A DNA stretch of 64,000 nt. It comes from Raja brachyura (lineage: Eukaryota). This document shows, one piece after another, positions 36,449 through 48,692 of the stretch. Both the position numbers and the translations under genes were made by a program. Numbering within the stretch: position 1 is the first letter of the stretch; every line of letters starts with the position of its first letter. The stretch lies in the NCBI GenBank assembly GCA_963514005.1, contig OY740803.1, positions 28,396,001 to 28,460,000 on the forward strand, written 5' to 3'. A model generated the notes under the pieces. That model was not told the DNA's origin. It ran no database searches and saw only the letters and a program-made list of their open reading frames with translations.

Positions 36449-36584
36449 GTAGGAAGGAGCTGCAGATGCTGGTTTACACCAGACACAAGATAGAAGATAG
36501 ACACAAAATGCTGGAGTAATTCAGTGGGTCAGGCAGCATCAATGGGACAGGCAGCATCTCTGGAGAGAAGGAATGGACCCTTGA
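36449..36584 (-). mobile_element. Penelope pseudo-LTR-derived mini-element with 13-bp duplication
   Basis: AGGTTCAAAGTAT at 36436-36448 and 36585-36597 flanks gtaggaaggagctgcagatgctgg...cacaaaatgctggag. Confidence 0.75.
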
Positions 36585-36977
36585 AGGTTCAAAGTATTTT
36601 GGGTTCATTGAAATTCTAAAAATCTCCACAAGTAACCCCAACAGATACATTTATTTGGAGTGGATCTTATCTAGTTTCTCCACTACCCTTCATCAGCATG
36701 CACCAGAATGTCTTTCCCTCAGCAACATTCTCACTCACAAAGCCATCAGCCGATCAAAGCAGACAAAGAGGAAAGTTCACAGCAGCAGTCACGGTGAGCA
36801 GAAGTAGCCCCTCCAGTGCTGAGAGTCTCTTGCACTCCTCGACCTTGCCTTGCTCTGCCTCATTAGGCCTTTGCCTCTACTCACAAGTTCCCCACCTGTG
36901 GGTCCACTGGGGGGTAGCCTGGGTCACGAGCTTTGTCAGGCAACAGGGTGCTGTTTCCACCGCTCCCTGGTACTCAC

Positions 36978-37088
36978 CTCCGGGGTCATGCGGCTAATGG
37001 TTGGCACGTCGTAACCAGCGTTGATGAAGTTGGCCGTGTAGTGCTGAAGCTGGAATTCACTCAGCCAGTTAAAGATCGCTTCAGCGTC
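36978..37088 (-). CDS. CASKIN2: CASKIN2 exon, SAM1 N-terminal half
   Basis: ctctgcag|...|gtgagt. Encodes [37 protein letters not shown]. Confidence 0.96.
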
Positions 37089-37124
37089 CTGCAGAGAGAA
37101 GGGGCAGTGCCGTCACACCCGATC

Positions 37125-37445
37125 ACTAGTATAAGGATAGCAACTAGTTGCTGCCTCACACTAAGGTTTGATCCTGACTTGGAGGTGAGGAAGTTGCATG
37201 TCTTGCTAATCATGTGCGGGTTTCCTCTGGATGCACCATGTTCCTTCCAGAACCCCAAATTGTGCAGGTTGACTGTTAATTGTCTTTTGTCCATACTGGG
37301 CATGTAAATGATGGAGATGGTGGGGATGTGTGGACAACAAAATGTGTCAGAGCAGCAATAATGTAAAAATGGATGGTTGATGGTTGGTGCAGTCTCCGTG
37401 GGCCAAATGACCCTTTTCCATGCTGTATATCTCTATGATTCTATA
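37125..37445 (+). mobile_element. V-SINE, diverged
   Basis: gaagttgcatgtcttgc..tgcgggtttcctctgg; CR1-type tail ctctatgattcta. Confidence 0.6.
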
Positions 37446-37454
37446 CTCATAGAG

Positions 37455-37685
37455 CAAGGGTTCCCAACCTGGGGTAAATTTACCAGGGGGCAAATTTTGC
37501 CTACCCAGGGAGTACATTTGTTGATTCTGGATTTGTACATATTTTTTCTCATTGACTGACTGTGTTTGGTTCTGGTATACCGGTATCTGTTCATCATTAT
37601 TTGTTCATAAATAAGTGAAATAACATTGTTATGTCCTATTAGAGTTGCCAGGGGTCAACAGGACAAAAAAGGTTGGAACCCCCTG
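37455..37685. mobile_element. hAT (Charlie-like) MITE
   Basis: CAAGGGTTCCCAACCT ... AGGTTGGAACCCCCTG TIRs; flanks tcatagag/ctctggag loosely resemble the NTCTAGAN target. Confidence 0.7.
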
Positions 37686-38434
37686 CTCTGGAGTTCCTTT
37701 GCTGAACTATGCCAAATCTGATTGAATGAAAATAGCTGTTGTTTAATGAAAAACATTTCTCGTACACACAGGATCCCTGAGTGAAACAACTTTCCGCAAA
37801 ATACTACAAATGGTACATGGATAGGAATGACTGAGATGGATATGGGCCAAACACAGGCAAATGGGGCGAGCTTAGGTAGGGCATTTTGGTTGGCATAGAC
37901 AAATTGGGTTGAGGAGCCTGTTTCCGTGCTGTATGACCTAGAGTTTGGAGTTTATCGCAAGTTGTGGAGAGGTTTGCCGTGGCCAGAGTTGCAAAGCCCA
38001 AGCTTGTTGCTTTGGTGCTGAATGAGCTACTGCTAGTCAAGAGCAAAGCACAGCACAACACCTAACCTCAGTGGCTATGGACTGAGAAAGAAAAGAGCCA
38101 TGATCCATGTGTGCTGTTTGGTTAATGGGAGCTCTGCTTGGAAACTAGATGCAGACAGTGATGGGCTCGATTGCAGTGCCTTTTCCCTCAAACACCCTGC
38201 AGGTGTGAGGAAAGCTTGTGAGAGCTCACTGGCCAAGCCCTTAGACAAAGTCTGGTTACTTGTGAATGGGAGATGGTGAATTCAAACCCCAGCAGGAGTT
38301 CGGGCTTGTTGGAACAGAAAGCCGGAGAAGGGCAACTGTGGTTTTCCAACCCAAGTTTTGGATCCAGGGTGGAAAGAACGCCTCAATTATACACATTTGC
38401 AAGCTCCCTCCTTGCGGTTTCTCTCAAGGCTGCT

Positions 38435-38705
38435 GGCACAGCCGATAGAGCTGCTGCCTCACAGTGCCAGAGACCGGGTGTGATCCAGGCCTTGGGCGCT
38501 GTCTGTGTGGAGTTTGCACGTTCTCCCTGTGACCGCGTGGGTGCCCTCTAGGTTCTCCAGTTTCCTCCCACATTCCCCTGTAAATTGCTCCCAGTGCGTA
38601 GAGAGTGGGTACAAGAATGAGATAACATTGAACTAGTGTGAACCAATGAGTGTGAACTCAGTCGGTCAAAAGGCTTGTTTCCACGCTGTATATTTCAATC
38701 CATCA
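38435..38705 (+). mobile_element. V-SINE
   Basis: agagctgctgcctcacagtgccagagacc...gtctgtgtggagtttgcacgttctccctgtgaccgcgtggg. Confidence 0.85.
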
Positions 38706-39164
38706 ATGAATTAATCTTCAACAAATTAATCTTCAATGAATGGTGGTAGATTATTGGGCTTCTTTATATAGCGTGGGTACAAAATTATCAATGACTTTCA
38801 AATATTTTTCTAAGAATGCCAAATGCACTCAGATAGTTCCATAAGCTATAGTAGTGTTCTCGTGTGCCAACCTGCATAGAAAAGCATGTTCATGTTCAGT
38901 TGTATTTATAACCATGTATATTATGTACATGTCTGGACAAGTGTATTTAGAGCCATTGGCCCATTAAAGTCCTCCCCCGTTATCAAGCACCCATTCACTC
39001 CAATCCTACCCAATTCTGCATTTATTCTCTCCACATTCCCATCAACTCCCCTCAAGATTAGCAATCAAAACTTCAAAACCCTAATTCCTTCAAAGCAATC
39101 AAATTCAATCAAAAGGCAATACTGTTTAAAGTCTGAAGTGTTCTGGCTTTCCTGGTTCACTCAC

Positions 39165-39259
39165 CTTGCCCTCCAGAAGTTGGTCGGGGTGAATGAACTG
39201 TTGCGTGTATCCTTGTTCTCCATGCTTGTAGCTGGGGAAGTCTGGCAGTCTCTGCATGC
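39165..39259 (-). CDS. CASKIN2: CASKIN2 exon preceding SAM1
   Basis: gttacag|...|gtgagt. Encodes MQRLPDFPSYKHGEQGYTQQFIHPDQLLEGK, compare human CASKIN2 GEQIFTQDVRPEQLLEGK. Confidence 0.92.
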
Positions 39260-39699
39260 CTGTAACGAGGAGAAACCGGCAGTAAGACCGAGGCACCAGC
39301 CCACGCTGAAACAGCAGTCTCCACGCTACCTGACAGACCACAAATGCAGTTAATTTGGTCGTCTCATTCCAGTTCCAACTGGCACAAGTCCACAGCACGC
39401 AATTGTTCATTGCCTGTCACAAACAGTCCTTTGGGGTTTCTCCTGGAAAAGTTGCGAGCAACACAGAATTACAGTTACGCAGAAGGAGGCACTCTGCAGA
39501 ATGCCAATTATGGAATTCACAATTATATTTAACCTGTGTAATACCATGTCCTGGGAACATTTGCCAGGACAGTGTAGAAAGAAGCTCCACTCTAGTTGAA
39601 GCCAAGCTGTCCCTGCCCTGGGAGCGGGTGACGAGACAGTATAGTTCGAGCTTTGCTCTGTGTTTAACCATTGTAATACCTGTCCTGGGAGTGTGTGGT

Positions 39700-40318
39700 G
39701 GGCCAGCGTAGAGTGAGTGTTGTGCTATGTCTATATTGAGTACAAAAGTTGGGACATCATGATGCAGCTGGACAAACCATGGTGAGACCACACCCGGAGT
39801 ACTGGGTGCTTTCTGGTCTCCCAGCTACAGGAAGGATGCCATTAAGTTGGAAAGGATGCACAAGGGATTCACTGGTAGAATCGGTAGGATGGCAAAGTGT
39901 ACACATTTTAAAAGTATTTAAGAAGAAATTGTAGCCAGCTTCCACCTTAATTTAATTGTTGCCCTCTGCCCAATTATTGAAGTGTAGAAAATCACAAGGG
40001 GCATGGATAAATTGAACTGTTTTTTTTCCCCCCAGGATAGAGGATACTAAAACCAGAGGGCACAGGCTTACAGTGAGAGGGGAGAGGTTTAAGAGGGACC
40101 TCAAGAGAAACCTTTTCACTCTGTATCTCCAATAAGCCAACAGGAGAAGCTTGAGACAAAATGGAGACAATGATGACTTTTAGACGACATTCGGACAGAT
40201 ACATGAATAGGAATTGTTTAGAAGGATACGAGCCAAATGGGATTGGCCCAGAATGGCAACTTGATTGGTGTGGATAAGGTGGGCAGAAGAGCCTCTTTCC
40301 ATGCTGCATAGTTCTATG
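39700..40318 (+). mobile_element. CR1-type LINE 3' fragment
   Basis: MVRPHPEYWV remnant; accagagggcacaggcttacagtgagagggg; ttctatg tail. Confidence 0.8.
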
Positions 40319-40884
40319 GGGGTCTGAAGCTCACGACAGCCTCCAAAGCCCATCCCCTTATCCTGCAGACAGGCCAGGCTCTAATGTACCCATGCCGGAG
40401 GATCGCGGCAGAGCCATCCGCTGAACGGTGGGAACCGGCAGCAGCCAGGTGCCACCTCTCTGTGCCACGCGGTGGGTGATCGGTGTCAGCATTGGGACGG
40501 CCGGCCTAGGGCACCCGACTGGGCCGTTGGCACGCCCTGCCATCCTGCCCACTGCCTGACTATAACCAAAGCCACTTCTCCAAACTGGTGAAAATAAACA
40601 CAGAAAACACTGGAGACAATTTGCAGGTAAGGCAGCATCTGTGGAGGGAAAAACCATTAACATTTCAGATCTATAATCTTTCATCAGAACCTGAATGGTT
40701 TCTCTCGCCATGAGTGTTGCCTGACCTGCTGAGCATTTCCAGCATTGCCTGCTTTTATTTCAGAATTCCAGCAATGATTTTGATCTCCACTTCCCACTGC
40801 TTGTTGGACAATTACCCCCCACATCAGCCGGCTGCCCCTTTTACTGCCATGCGCATACATTACATTGCAGCTGGGAAACGCCTG

Positions 40885-41107
40885 AGAAATGTGGTGGGTG
40901 TATGGAACGAGCTGCCGGAGGAGGTATTTGAGGCAGGTACTATCGCAATATTTATGAAACATTCAGACAGGTACATGGATAGGACAGGTTTAGAGGGATA
41001 TGGGCCAAATGTAGATAGGTGGGACTAGTGTGGATGGGACATGTTGGCCAGTGTGGGCATGTTGGGCTGAAGGGCCTGTTTCCACACTGTAAGAGTATAT
41101 GATTCTA
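40885..41107 (+). mobile_element. CR1-type LINE 3' end
   Basis: VVGVWNELPEEVFEAG; gggctgaagggcctgtttcc tail. Confidence 0.85.
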
Positions 41108-41988
41108 AGTGACTGGTGATCAGAGCGAATGCAACTTTGTTGTATTTAGCCTCAAACTGCAAACACCTCAGCTTCTAACCTGGTTTCTACACTCTATAAA
41201 ATTCTGAGCTGGAGGAGTAAATGTCTCCTCTCAGCCTCTGCAATAAGTGAGCAAGACCAGTATCTTCCCATCAGCTTCTCCCAGACTGACCTCAAGGATG
41301 TTGCATCCAGGAGGGTCCAGAGAGGACGAGCATCCTTGTAGTGGAGCAGCATCTTCCAGAGACCAGGCCAGACCTGCAGTGTCCTAAACTATCAACACTG
41401 CCCACGTTGTAAGGACCAGCAATAAACATTGTATTACTGACCTCTCCTTCCTCTACCACCCCACCAGCACTTCTGTTCTAGTGTGTTTGCCAAGGGATGC
41501 TTTTCACTCACAGGGTGGCTGGAGCCTGGATTTCACTGCCTGAATACGGGATGGGGGCAGGTTATGACATTTATGAAGCATCTCGACAGTCCAAAGCAAT
41601 AGAAGGCTATTTGGTTAAAATGGGCTGGTGAAGGGCAAGGACATTGGGCCGAAGGGCCTGTTTCTGTGCTGCACAACTCTATGACTATTTCACCCTCTAG
41701 CCACTGTGTATAACAAGATAGGATTCTGAACTCTGGTAGTCCACTGTTCACGCTCTTGCTTTGTTCAGGCCAGTCACACTGGTAGTTTAGCCACCTCTCT
41801 CTACAGATCTCACCTCATTTTACAGTTCTATCCCTCATTTTGAAAAAAACATGATGAAAGCACAAACCAGAGGCCAAGGGGCAAAGGTCATAGCTGTTGG
41901 CAACACACAGGCCTGTGCTCGGCCTTGCTCTGATCGGAGTGCGGCCCTTCCTCCCTCAGTGAGACCAGTGTCCGGCTCGGACACTTAC

Positions 41989-42054
41989 CCCTGAGCCTCA
42001 ATGACCGATTCTCTCCAGAGCTCGGTGTGTCAGTGAGCACTGCCTCACACAAGC
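41989..42054 (-). CDS. Candidate 66-nt symmetric (phase 1/1) cassette exon of CASKIN2
   Basis: ggtccccag|GC...AGG G|gtaagt, consensus donor. Open in the needed frame: (G)LCEAVLTDTPSSGENRSLRLR. No homology recognised. Confidence 0.45.
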
Positions 42055-43059
42055 CTGGGGACCAGTGGTGTGGAATGCAAGCCCGTTGTCAAAGGATGGT
42101 CGCTACACTCCCGGCAGCCAAATGGACATTTTATCTCTGAAACATGATCTCTGGGAATTAGCAGCCTCCCCGTCACTGGGAAGTCACAACAGCGTTGCAA
42201 ATCTGGCGGCACTTTAACAAGCCCTTCCTCACTCACTGGACGTTGCACCCACCCCATCAGCAGCAGACGTGTCTGAGACACACGTCTCTCACAGCATGTG
42301 CATTAGCCAGTGGGTGACATGTGCAGGACTGTGCATAAATCGTTCAATTCAAGCAATAGGCTGTATTGTCCATTCCAGTTTGCATGGTGTGGGGTCTGAC
42401 CTCCCACCATACCCCCAGGGCACACTTAGCATCGCTGGGGCGTTTCGGTTGGGCGTTTCGAAGCACAAACTCCCTCACCCAGCTCGGCAGCTATCTCCCC
42501 AGCATCAGCAGCTGAGCTGGTCAAATTGCCTGCATCCCACCAATGCAACCCTCAGCCCCAGGGCCTGAGAAGCAAGCATTTAAAACAAGATACAACAGTT
42601 GCATTCTAAGCGGATGTGGAAAAAGAAAAGACAGAGCATATCAGGAATCAGCGGCTGCATGATTTTGGGTTTCAGGAGAGGGGAACGATGGTGTGAAGAT
42701 GCAAAAATATGACTTTCTGAGTGATGATCAGCCCTCGGGAGTAGAGGGAAGGCAAGTGAACTCTCTGCACCTGTCACACCTCCCACCCAGAGACAAGCCA
42801 TTGCAAGTTGTTGTAAATTAGAGCTGTCAATTTACTAGGCAGTTAAAGGATGAAGGACCTGGGGCAAACAGTGTTTGGAACATGGGGTGGAGCAGCAGAG
42901 TTGCTCGCAGACAACATAACCACGTCTGGCATCCCTGCAGCCCACAGACTGCACACCCTCCCTGTCCCACACTAACCTATCGTGGGTGCACTGCAGATAT
43001 GAGCATCCTGTGAACATGGTTATGGTTCCGACAGGTCAATGCGTACAACTAGCCCAGTG

Positions 43060-43335
43060 AACAAGATGGAAGTGAGGGGAGTTGCGGAAGGGAAGGTTAG
43101 AAAGGGACAGAGGGAGGGAAGGAGGGAAGAATGGAGAAGAGGGAAGGTGAACAACAGGGATGGAAGGAGGAAAGTGAAGCTGGGGAGGGTAAGGGATAGG
43201 TGGAGGAGAGAGGAGGGAATGAGAGGGTTGAAGGAGAGAGAAGATAGAAGTGGAGGAGTGAGTGGAGCGTGGAAAGGAAGAAAGGGAAGAAGAATGCGTG
43301 AGAAGGAGGCGCTAGGGGAGGGAGCGGAAAGTGGA
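43060..43335. repeat. Polypurine (G/A-rich) low-complexity tract
   Basis: Directly visible. Confidence 0.85.
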
Positions 43336-43989
43336 TGCATTTCAAATCATCAATTCACTTCTGAATATCGATGGTGGCTCAGTTAGTAACACTCTTACGC
43401 TGGTTGGAGACTCGGGTCAGAAACCTGAGCTGACATTTCAAGCCGCTGCTCCCTGTGTGGTTCAGCGACTGCACTGCCCAAAGAAGCACCCGGCCAGTCC
43501 TCTACAGCTCTCACATGAGATCGCACTGTGCTACTCAACCCCAACACATTTTGCACACATTGCCCAAGAGGCTCAAATTATTGTCATTACACAAAGTGCT
43601 GCGGTAACTCAGTGGGTCAGGAGACCTCTCTGGAGGACATGGATAGGCAATGTTTTGGATCGGGAGGGACCCTTCTTCAGACCAGTTTCTTGTGTCTCCT
43701 TTTTAAGGCTCAATTTACTGCTCTGGTGACTCACCCCTAACACTATAATTTCCCCCACTCTTGACTACCCACCTGTGGAGGGTCCCTCGCCACCGATCTG
43801 CCTGCAATCCCCGCCCTGACCACCAACTACTGCACCCTAAGCATGTCACCACCATTCCAGGTAGCTGAACTTTTCCCCCGATCCTTCCCATTACCGATTC
43901 TCCCACCATTGCTCGGCAGTAACTCTCAACCTCATCTCCATTCCCCGACACATCCAGTCTCCAGACCCCTGACCATACCCCTGTGTGTG

Positions 43990-44190
43990 GTGTGTCAAAA
44001 GGAACTGCAGATGCTGGTTTATACCGAAGATGTACATACAAAGTACTGGAGCAAATCAGCGGGTCAGGCAGCATCTCTGGAGAAAGAGGATGAGTGACGT
44101 TTCGGGTCGGAACCCTTCTTCAGACTGAAAGTAGAGGGGAGGGAGCTGAAGGCAGCAAAAGGCCAAACCAAACCAGGGCTGGCAACAGAT
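43990..44190 (-). mobile_element. Penelope pseudo-LTR fragment with intact hammerhead core (44096-44123, -)
   Basis: Minus strand reads CTGAAGA-AGGGTTCCGACCC-GAAACGTC. Confidence 0.75.
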
Positions 44191-45256
44191 GATGATTCCC
44201 TAGCCAATAGGTCACCTCCTACTTCTAGTTCCCAACTGTAATGTCTTCCTTAAGACCTTGTTGTGACTAGCACAATGAATACACGTCCAACATCTTGTAG
44301 GAAAGGTTTAATCTGCAATGGTTGAAACTTCCAGAAGGTCACTTGATCTCAATCACGAGGCACAAGTACATTTGCCAGCTTCTGCTTTTGGCCTCAAGGG
44401 GCACTGGCATTTACATTACATATTACATTACATATACATCACATCTCCCCATTCACTTTAATTACATCTCATCTCCCCCTAATATCCATGTAAGGATTTA
44501 CACTAGACTTAATTAAGAGTGCTGCTGTTTTTCACTTTAACTTCAAACTCTAGAAACTCTAACAAAGGGCCTGTCTCGTTGCCTTTTGCTGCGACTGGGA
44601 CACTGGCTCCTGCCAGCTTCTGCTTTCAGTCTGAAGAAGGGTTCTGACCCAAAACATCACCCATCCATTTTCTCCAGAGATGGTGCCTGACCCACTGAGT
44701 TACTCCAGCACCTGGTGTCTACCTGCCTGTGGTGTGCTCTGCAGAGAAGGCCTCTGAGAGAACGCAGCTTGCATGAGGGAACACAACACTTGGGCCTCGG
44801 GTGCTCCACTCTCCCAACCCACCACAGCCCGTTGTCTACTGGCCCAAGCAGGTATCTTTCTATTTCCATGCATTAGACAGTGAAACCTCTCCATGTACCG
44901 AACCCCAGCGGAGAGGTCCCAGTGGGAGGTGTTTGGAATAACCTGAATTAAGGCTTCCGCATCCCCATCTCCATCCAGGACACCGGCACTCCTCCCCAGC
45001 AGACGGTATGTTATGCACGGATGCATGTTATTCTTTGTGCAAGTGTGACATTCACCGTGCATTTGCGTTTGCCTCTTGAATCAGTGTTGAACTGAACCCC
45101 CTGCACAACTCCGTCAGCACCTTGGGGTGCTTCCCCCATTCTGAAGACACTATAGGTTCACTGTTTGTCAGTGTATTTTACAGCATGGTGCACAACGGCC
45201 TTGAAGCAGTCTCTGCCTTTCAGAGATCAGGCTGGTTCACCCAGATTGGCTCTTAC

Positions 45257-45332
45257 CTGCAGACTGGTCGACCTGCTGGCTGGGACCTTCTATACTGATG
45301 CAGGCCTCCGGATCCCCACCAGGGGGCGCTGC
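45257..45332 (-). CDS. CASKIN2: CASKIN2 linker exon
   Basis: ttcatgcag|...|gtaaga. Encodes AAPPGGDPEACISIEGPSQQVDQSA. Phase 0 to 1, required to bridge the flanking exons. Confidence 0.8.
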
Positions 45333-45976
45333 CTGCATGAAAGCAAAGCAAATACAGGTAGATGCATTGCGTCAGTACATTGGTCTCTCTGATCAAAGCA
45401 ACCAGCATATTTTGCCATGTGTGTCTGCACTGTCACCTGTCCTCAGCCCAAACCCTGAATTACACAAAGGAGGAGGGTAGACGGAAAGAAAGGAGCTGCA
45501 GGATGTGAAGTGGAAGAGGGAGGAGGAAGGGAGGGGGAGAGAAGGGGAACAGGGGGGAGGGGGGATGGAGATGAAATAACCGCTGGCTGGTCCAATGACA
45601 AGGCTGGCATTGTCCAACCATGGAAGGGAAGGGGGGGGACTGACAGGGTCCAGTGGCTATTTTCACATTGAATTAAAAAAATGAATTAAAAATGTGTTGG
45701 TCACGTATGTACGCATACAAGGAATTTGCCTCGGTGCCTTGCTCGCAGAAGTATAAAAACACGATATACAGCAGACAATTCAAAAAATAAAACATTATAA
45801 TTTAAACATGTGAAAATAAAGTACCCAGAGTAAAAAGAGGCTGCAGACATTTTGGCTGTTGAGTAGAGCTACTGCTCATGGAAAAAAAGCTATTTTTATG
45901 TCTGGCTGTGGCGGCTTTGATCGCCCAGTCTTAATCACATGCCAGTGTTTTGCTGACGAGCAGCGCACTCCCGTAC

Positions 45977-46095
45977 CTTGCCGTTCTCCCCGCTGTTGCT
46001 GGCAGTCCGTCCATTGGCACTGTCGGTGCTTTGCCCACTGCCGGCGCTGCGAATACTGCCCGCACTCCCTGTGCTGCCCACACTATTCCTGTCAC
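45977..46095 (-). CDS. CASKIN2: CASKIN2 Ser/Gly-rich exon
   Basis: gtttgcag|...|gtacgg. Encodes [40 protein letters not shown], compare human [22 protein letters not shown]. Confidence 0.94.
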
Positions 46096-47519
46096 CTGCA
46101 AACAGAGGGACACACGATGTTGAGGCCGTTTACTTCCGACTAGCCGTAAGCCTTCAGCACTGGCACTCAGATCGGTGGAAAGACATGAAGCAAAACAACA
46201 ATCTACCCACACGACTATTTGTTTCAGTTTGGTGCAATCCCCGGTCCATAGACTTCCTCGCGTAACCAGCCCTGTGGGAGTACTCCAGAGGTCAGAGGTG
46301 CTTTCTGTCAGATGAGTTAAACTGAAGCCTGCTTCCACTGTCTCAGGTGAATGCAGGATGATAAACATTCCTCCACCCAGTAACACAGAACTACAACCCT
46401 ACCCAGTGGAATACTCTGTACACACCTCCACCACCTCTCCTTCACACCTGACTCACACTCTGTATGGCCAAATGTATTGTTCCCCTAAATCTTTGACTTG
46501 CGATCCTATTCTCATCAATATATTGTATTACCTCCTGGGATATCTTCCCGTGTTAAGCGATGCTCTATTCATTGATCTTATCAAGCATTTAAATATGTTC
46601 GCTGTGTAAAACACTGCCTGAACATTCCCTCTTTCCACATATAGAGCTTTTCCAAATTCCTTAAAAACACACGGTGAAGGTTTACTGAAATGAAGACTTC
46701 TCGGATTAATAGTAAGTTTCATTGTTGCAAATGGTTCAACATCAGAGCTCCAGCAGTTACTATGGGAAATAGAGTGTGAGGATGGATGGGAAACAGGCTT
46801 GGTGATGGCACTGGTACCCCATCCTCAAAGACTTGCTTCTTGTACACTCAGGGGGCGGAGAAATACCTCGGCATAAAGGGACACAGATGCAATAGAGACA
46901 TAGCCGGCAAGGTCAGTGGTCCTTTGAATCTTCTGTTCCTAGTCTCCAAATGCCTCGTCCAGTACTCCCCTTTCTCCATACATCCTGCATTGAAATAGAG
47001 ACTGAGGACCTTTTCTTGATTCATTCTTACAGAGTCCACAATTCTATACAAGCCCCCACCTCCATCACAGGTCCCTTCCTTCTCTGAAGAGTTCAGTTTC
47101 CCATGCCGTGGCATCTCATAACCTGTGCGTTTTACCTCACCCTCTGCCTATAGCACTGCAATGTCATTCTTTGTCCTTTTCCTTTGCATTTCTTAAAAAT
47201 AAACTATAGATGACAATTAATGGGAAAGGGGGATTTCAATAGAGGGTGAGCTTTATTTACTTTAGAAGCACAATTGGGATCATTAGACAAGAGCTCAGCG
47301 GGATAGGTAAAGGGAGGGAGCGAGCAGTTAGAGGCAGGTAAAGTAGATCCCACTCCATGACATTAGGGGATTGGGAAGGGTGGGCAGAAGCAAAGACTCA
47401 GTATTCTGCACACTGAACAAGAAGCATTGACTGTGGCAAGACAGTGTTCACAGTTGCTCCAGTACATTAGGAGATGACACGGGAGCAGGGATGAGCAGGT
47501 CAGCAAGCAGAATGCTTAC

Positions 47520-47573
47520 CGAGATCTGGCGGTCTGAGGACCCAGATATCCTCAGCAGGCGCTAAGAAGTGGG
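47520..47573 (-). CDS. CASKIN2: CASKIN2 54-nt exon encoding an ExIWVxR (CASK-interaction-type) motif
   Basis: ctctccacag|...|gtaagc. Encodes (A)HFLAPAEDIWVLRPPDL. Phase 1/1. Lies directly before the GDR-SVGSTGS exon, like EEIWVLRK in Caskin1. Confidence 0.85.
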
Positions 47574-48482
47574 CTGTGGAGAGTAAGAGGTCCATGCCAT
47601 TCCCTACCACAGACAAGAACACCCAATGGGTCTAAGTTTTTACTGCTAATATAAAACAACAACCAAAAGGTCTGAGTGCATCATTAAGAAATCATGCTCT
47701 CCCAATTAGAACAACCACTAACTCAGAACACTAGGCCACTTTCCCAGGTTGTTCAGGAGACCCACATTTAAGCCAAGAACCCATCCTGGAGGTCAGCACT
47801 GAGCAGAAACTCAACTGAATCACCCACATAAATATATCTTGACCGCAAATGCTGGTAAATAACTGGGCATCTGACAGTGAATGACTCACCTCCTGACATC
47901 TACAGCCTTTCTATTACCTACAAGGCACAAGTCAGGAGTGTCATGAATTACCCTTGACTTGCCTGGATAGTGCAGCTCCAACAACTCTGAAGAACTCAAC
48001 ACAAAGCTGCCCACTCGTCATCCTCTACGCCAATCATTCAACCCCTCTGCCATTGGCACACAGTGTCCGCACTGCTGACCATCTACAAAAGGTGGTACAG
48101 TTACATGCCCAGCCTACACTGACAGCGTCTCCCTGATCTCTGACCTTGAACAGCAAGAAGGACAAGTGCAGTCAAGTCAGACTTATTCGTCACGTGCACA
48201 ATAAAGTGCAGTGAAATGGGCCAACATCTCCAACTGCAGTTGCTGGAAAGCAGAAATAAAACAGAAAATGCTCCAAATGCTGAGCAGATGAGGCAAAGAG
48301 AAACGGAGTTAACGTTTCAGGTCGATGACCTTTCTACAGAAGTATGAACAAGGCAGTATGCTCAATGGGCTGAGTGGCCCATTCCTGTTCCCACACTTCT
48401 TCCCATCTTCACAAGCTACTGGAGAGCTATTTAAGAATATGAAATCCTACGGCGCTGGCTCGTGCCTTGGACGTTGGGTTAC

Positions 48483-48692
48483 CTTCAGAAACCTTGCTGT
48501 TGTCGGTGTTGTGACTGGTCCGACTGAAGGCCGGGTATTTGAAGGTGCGATGGGTGGGCAGAGTCTGCGAGTACATCTGCTGGTAGAGCTGCTGCGTCTC
48601 GTCGGTTTGTGAGGTGATCGAGCTGTGCTGGTGTGTCTTGGGGAAGAGCTGGCGCTGGTGAGGAGGCACCGAGGCATGACGAGTCAGGGTGC
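48483..48692 (-). CDS. CASKIN2: CASKIN2 exon after SH3
   Basis: tgtatccag|...|gtaacc. 210 nt, phase 1/1. Encodes GTLTRHASVPPHQRQLFPK...YPAFSRTSHNTDNSKVSE. Confidence 0.8.

Noticed and set aside
43020-43386. Leu/Pro/Ser-rich and Arg/Glu/Gly-rich ORFs
   Set aside because: Translations of a polypurine low-complexity tract.
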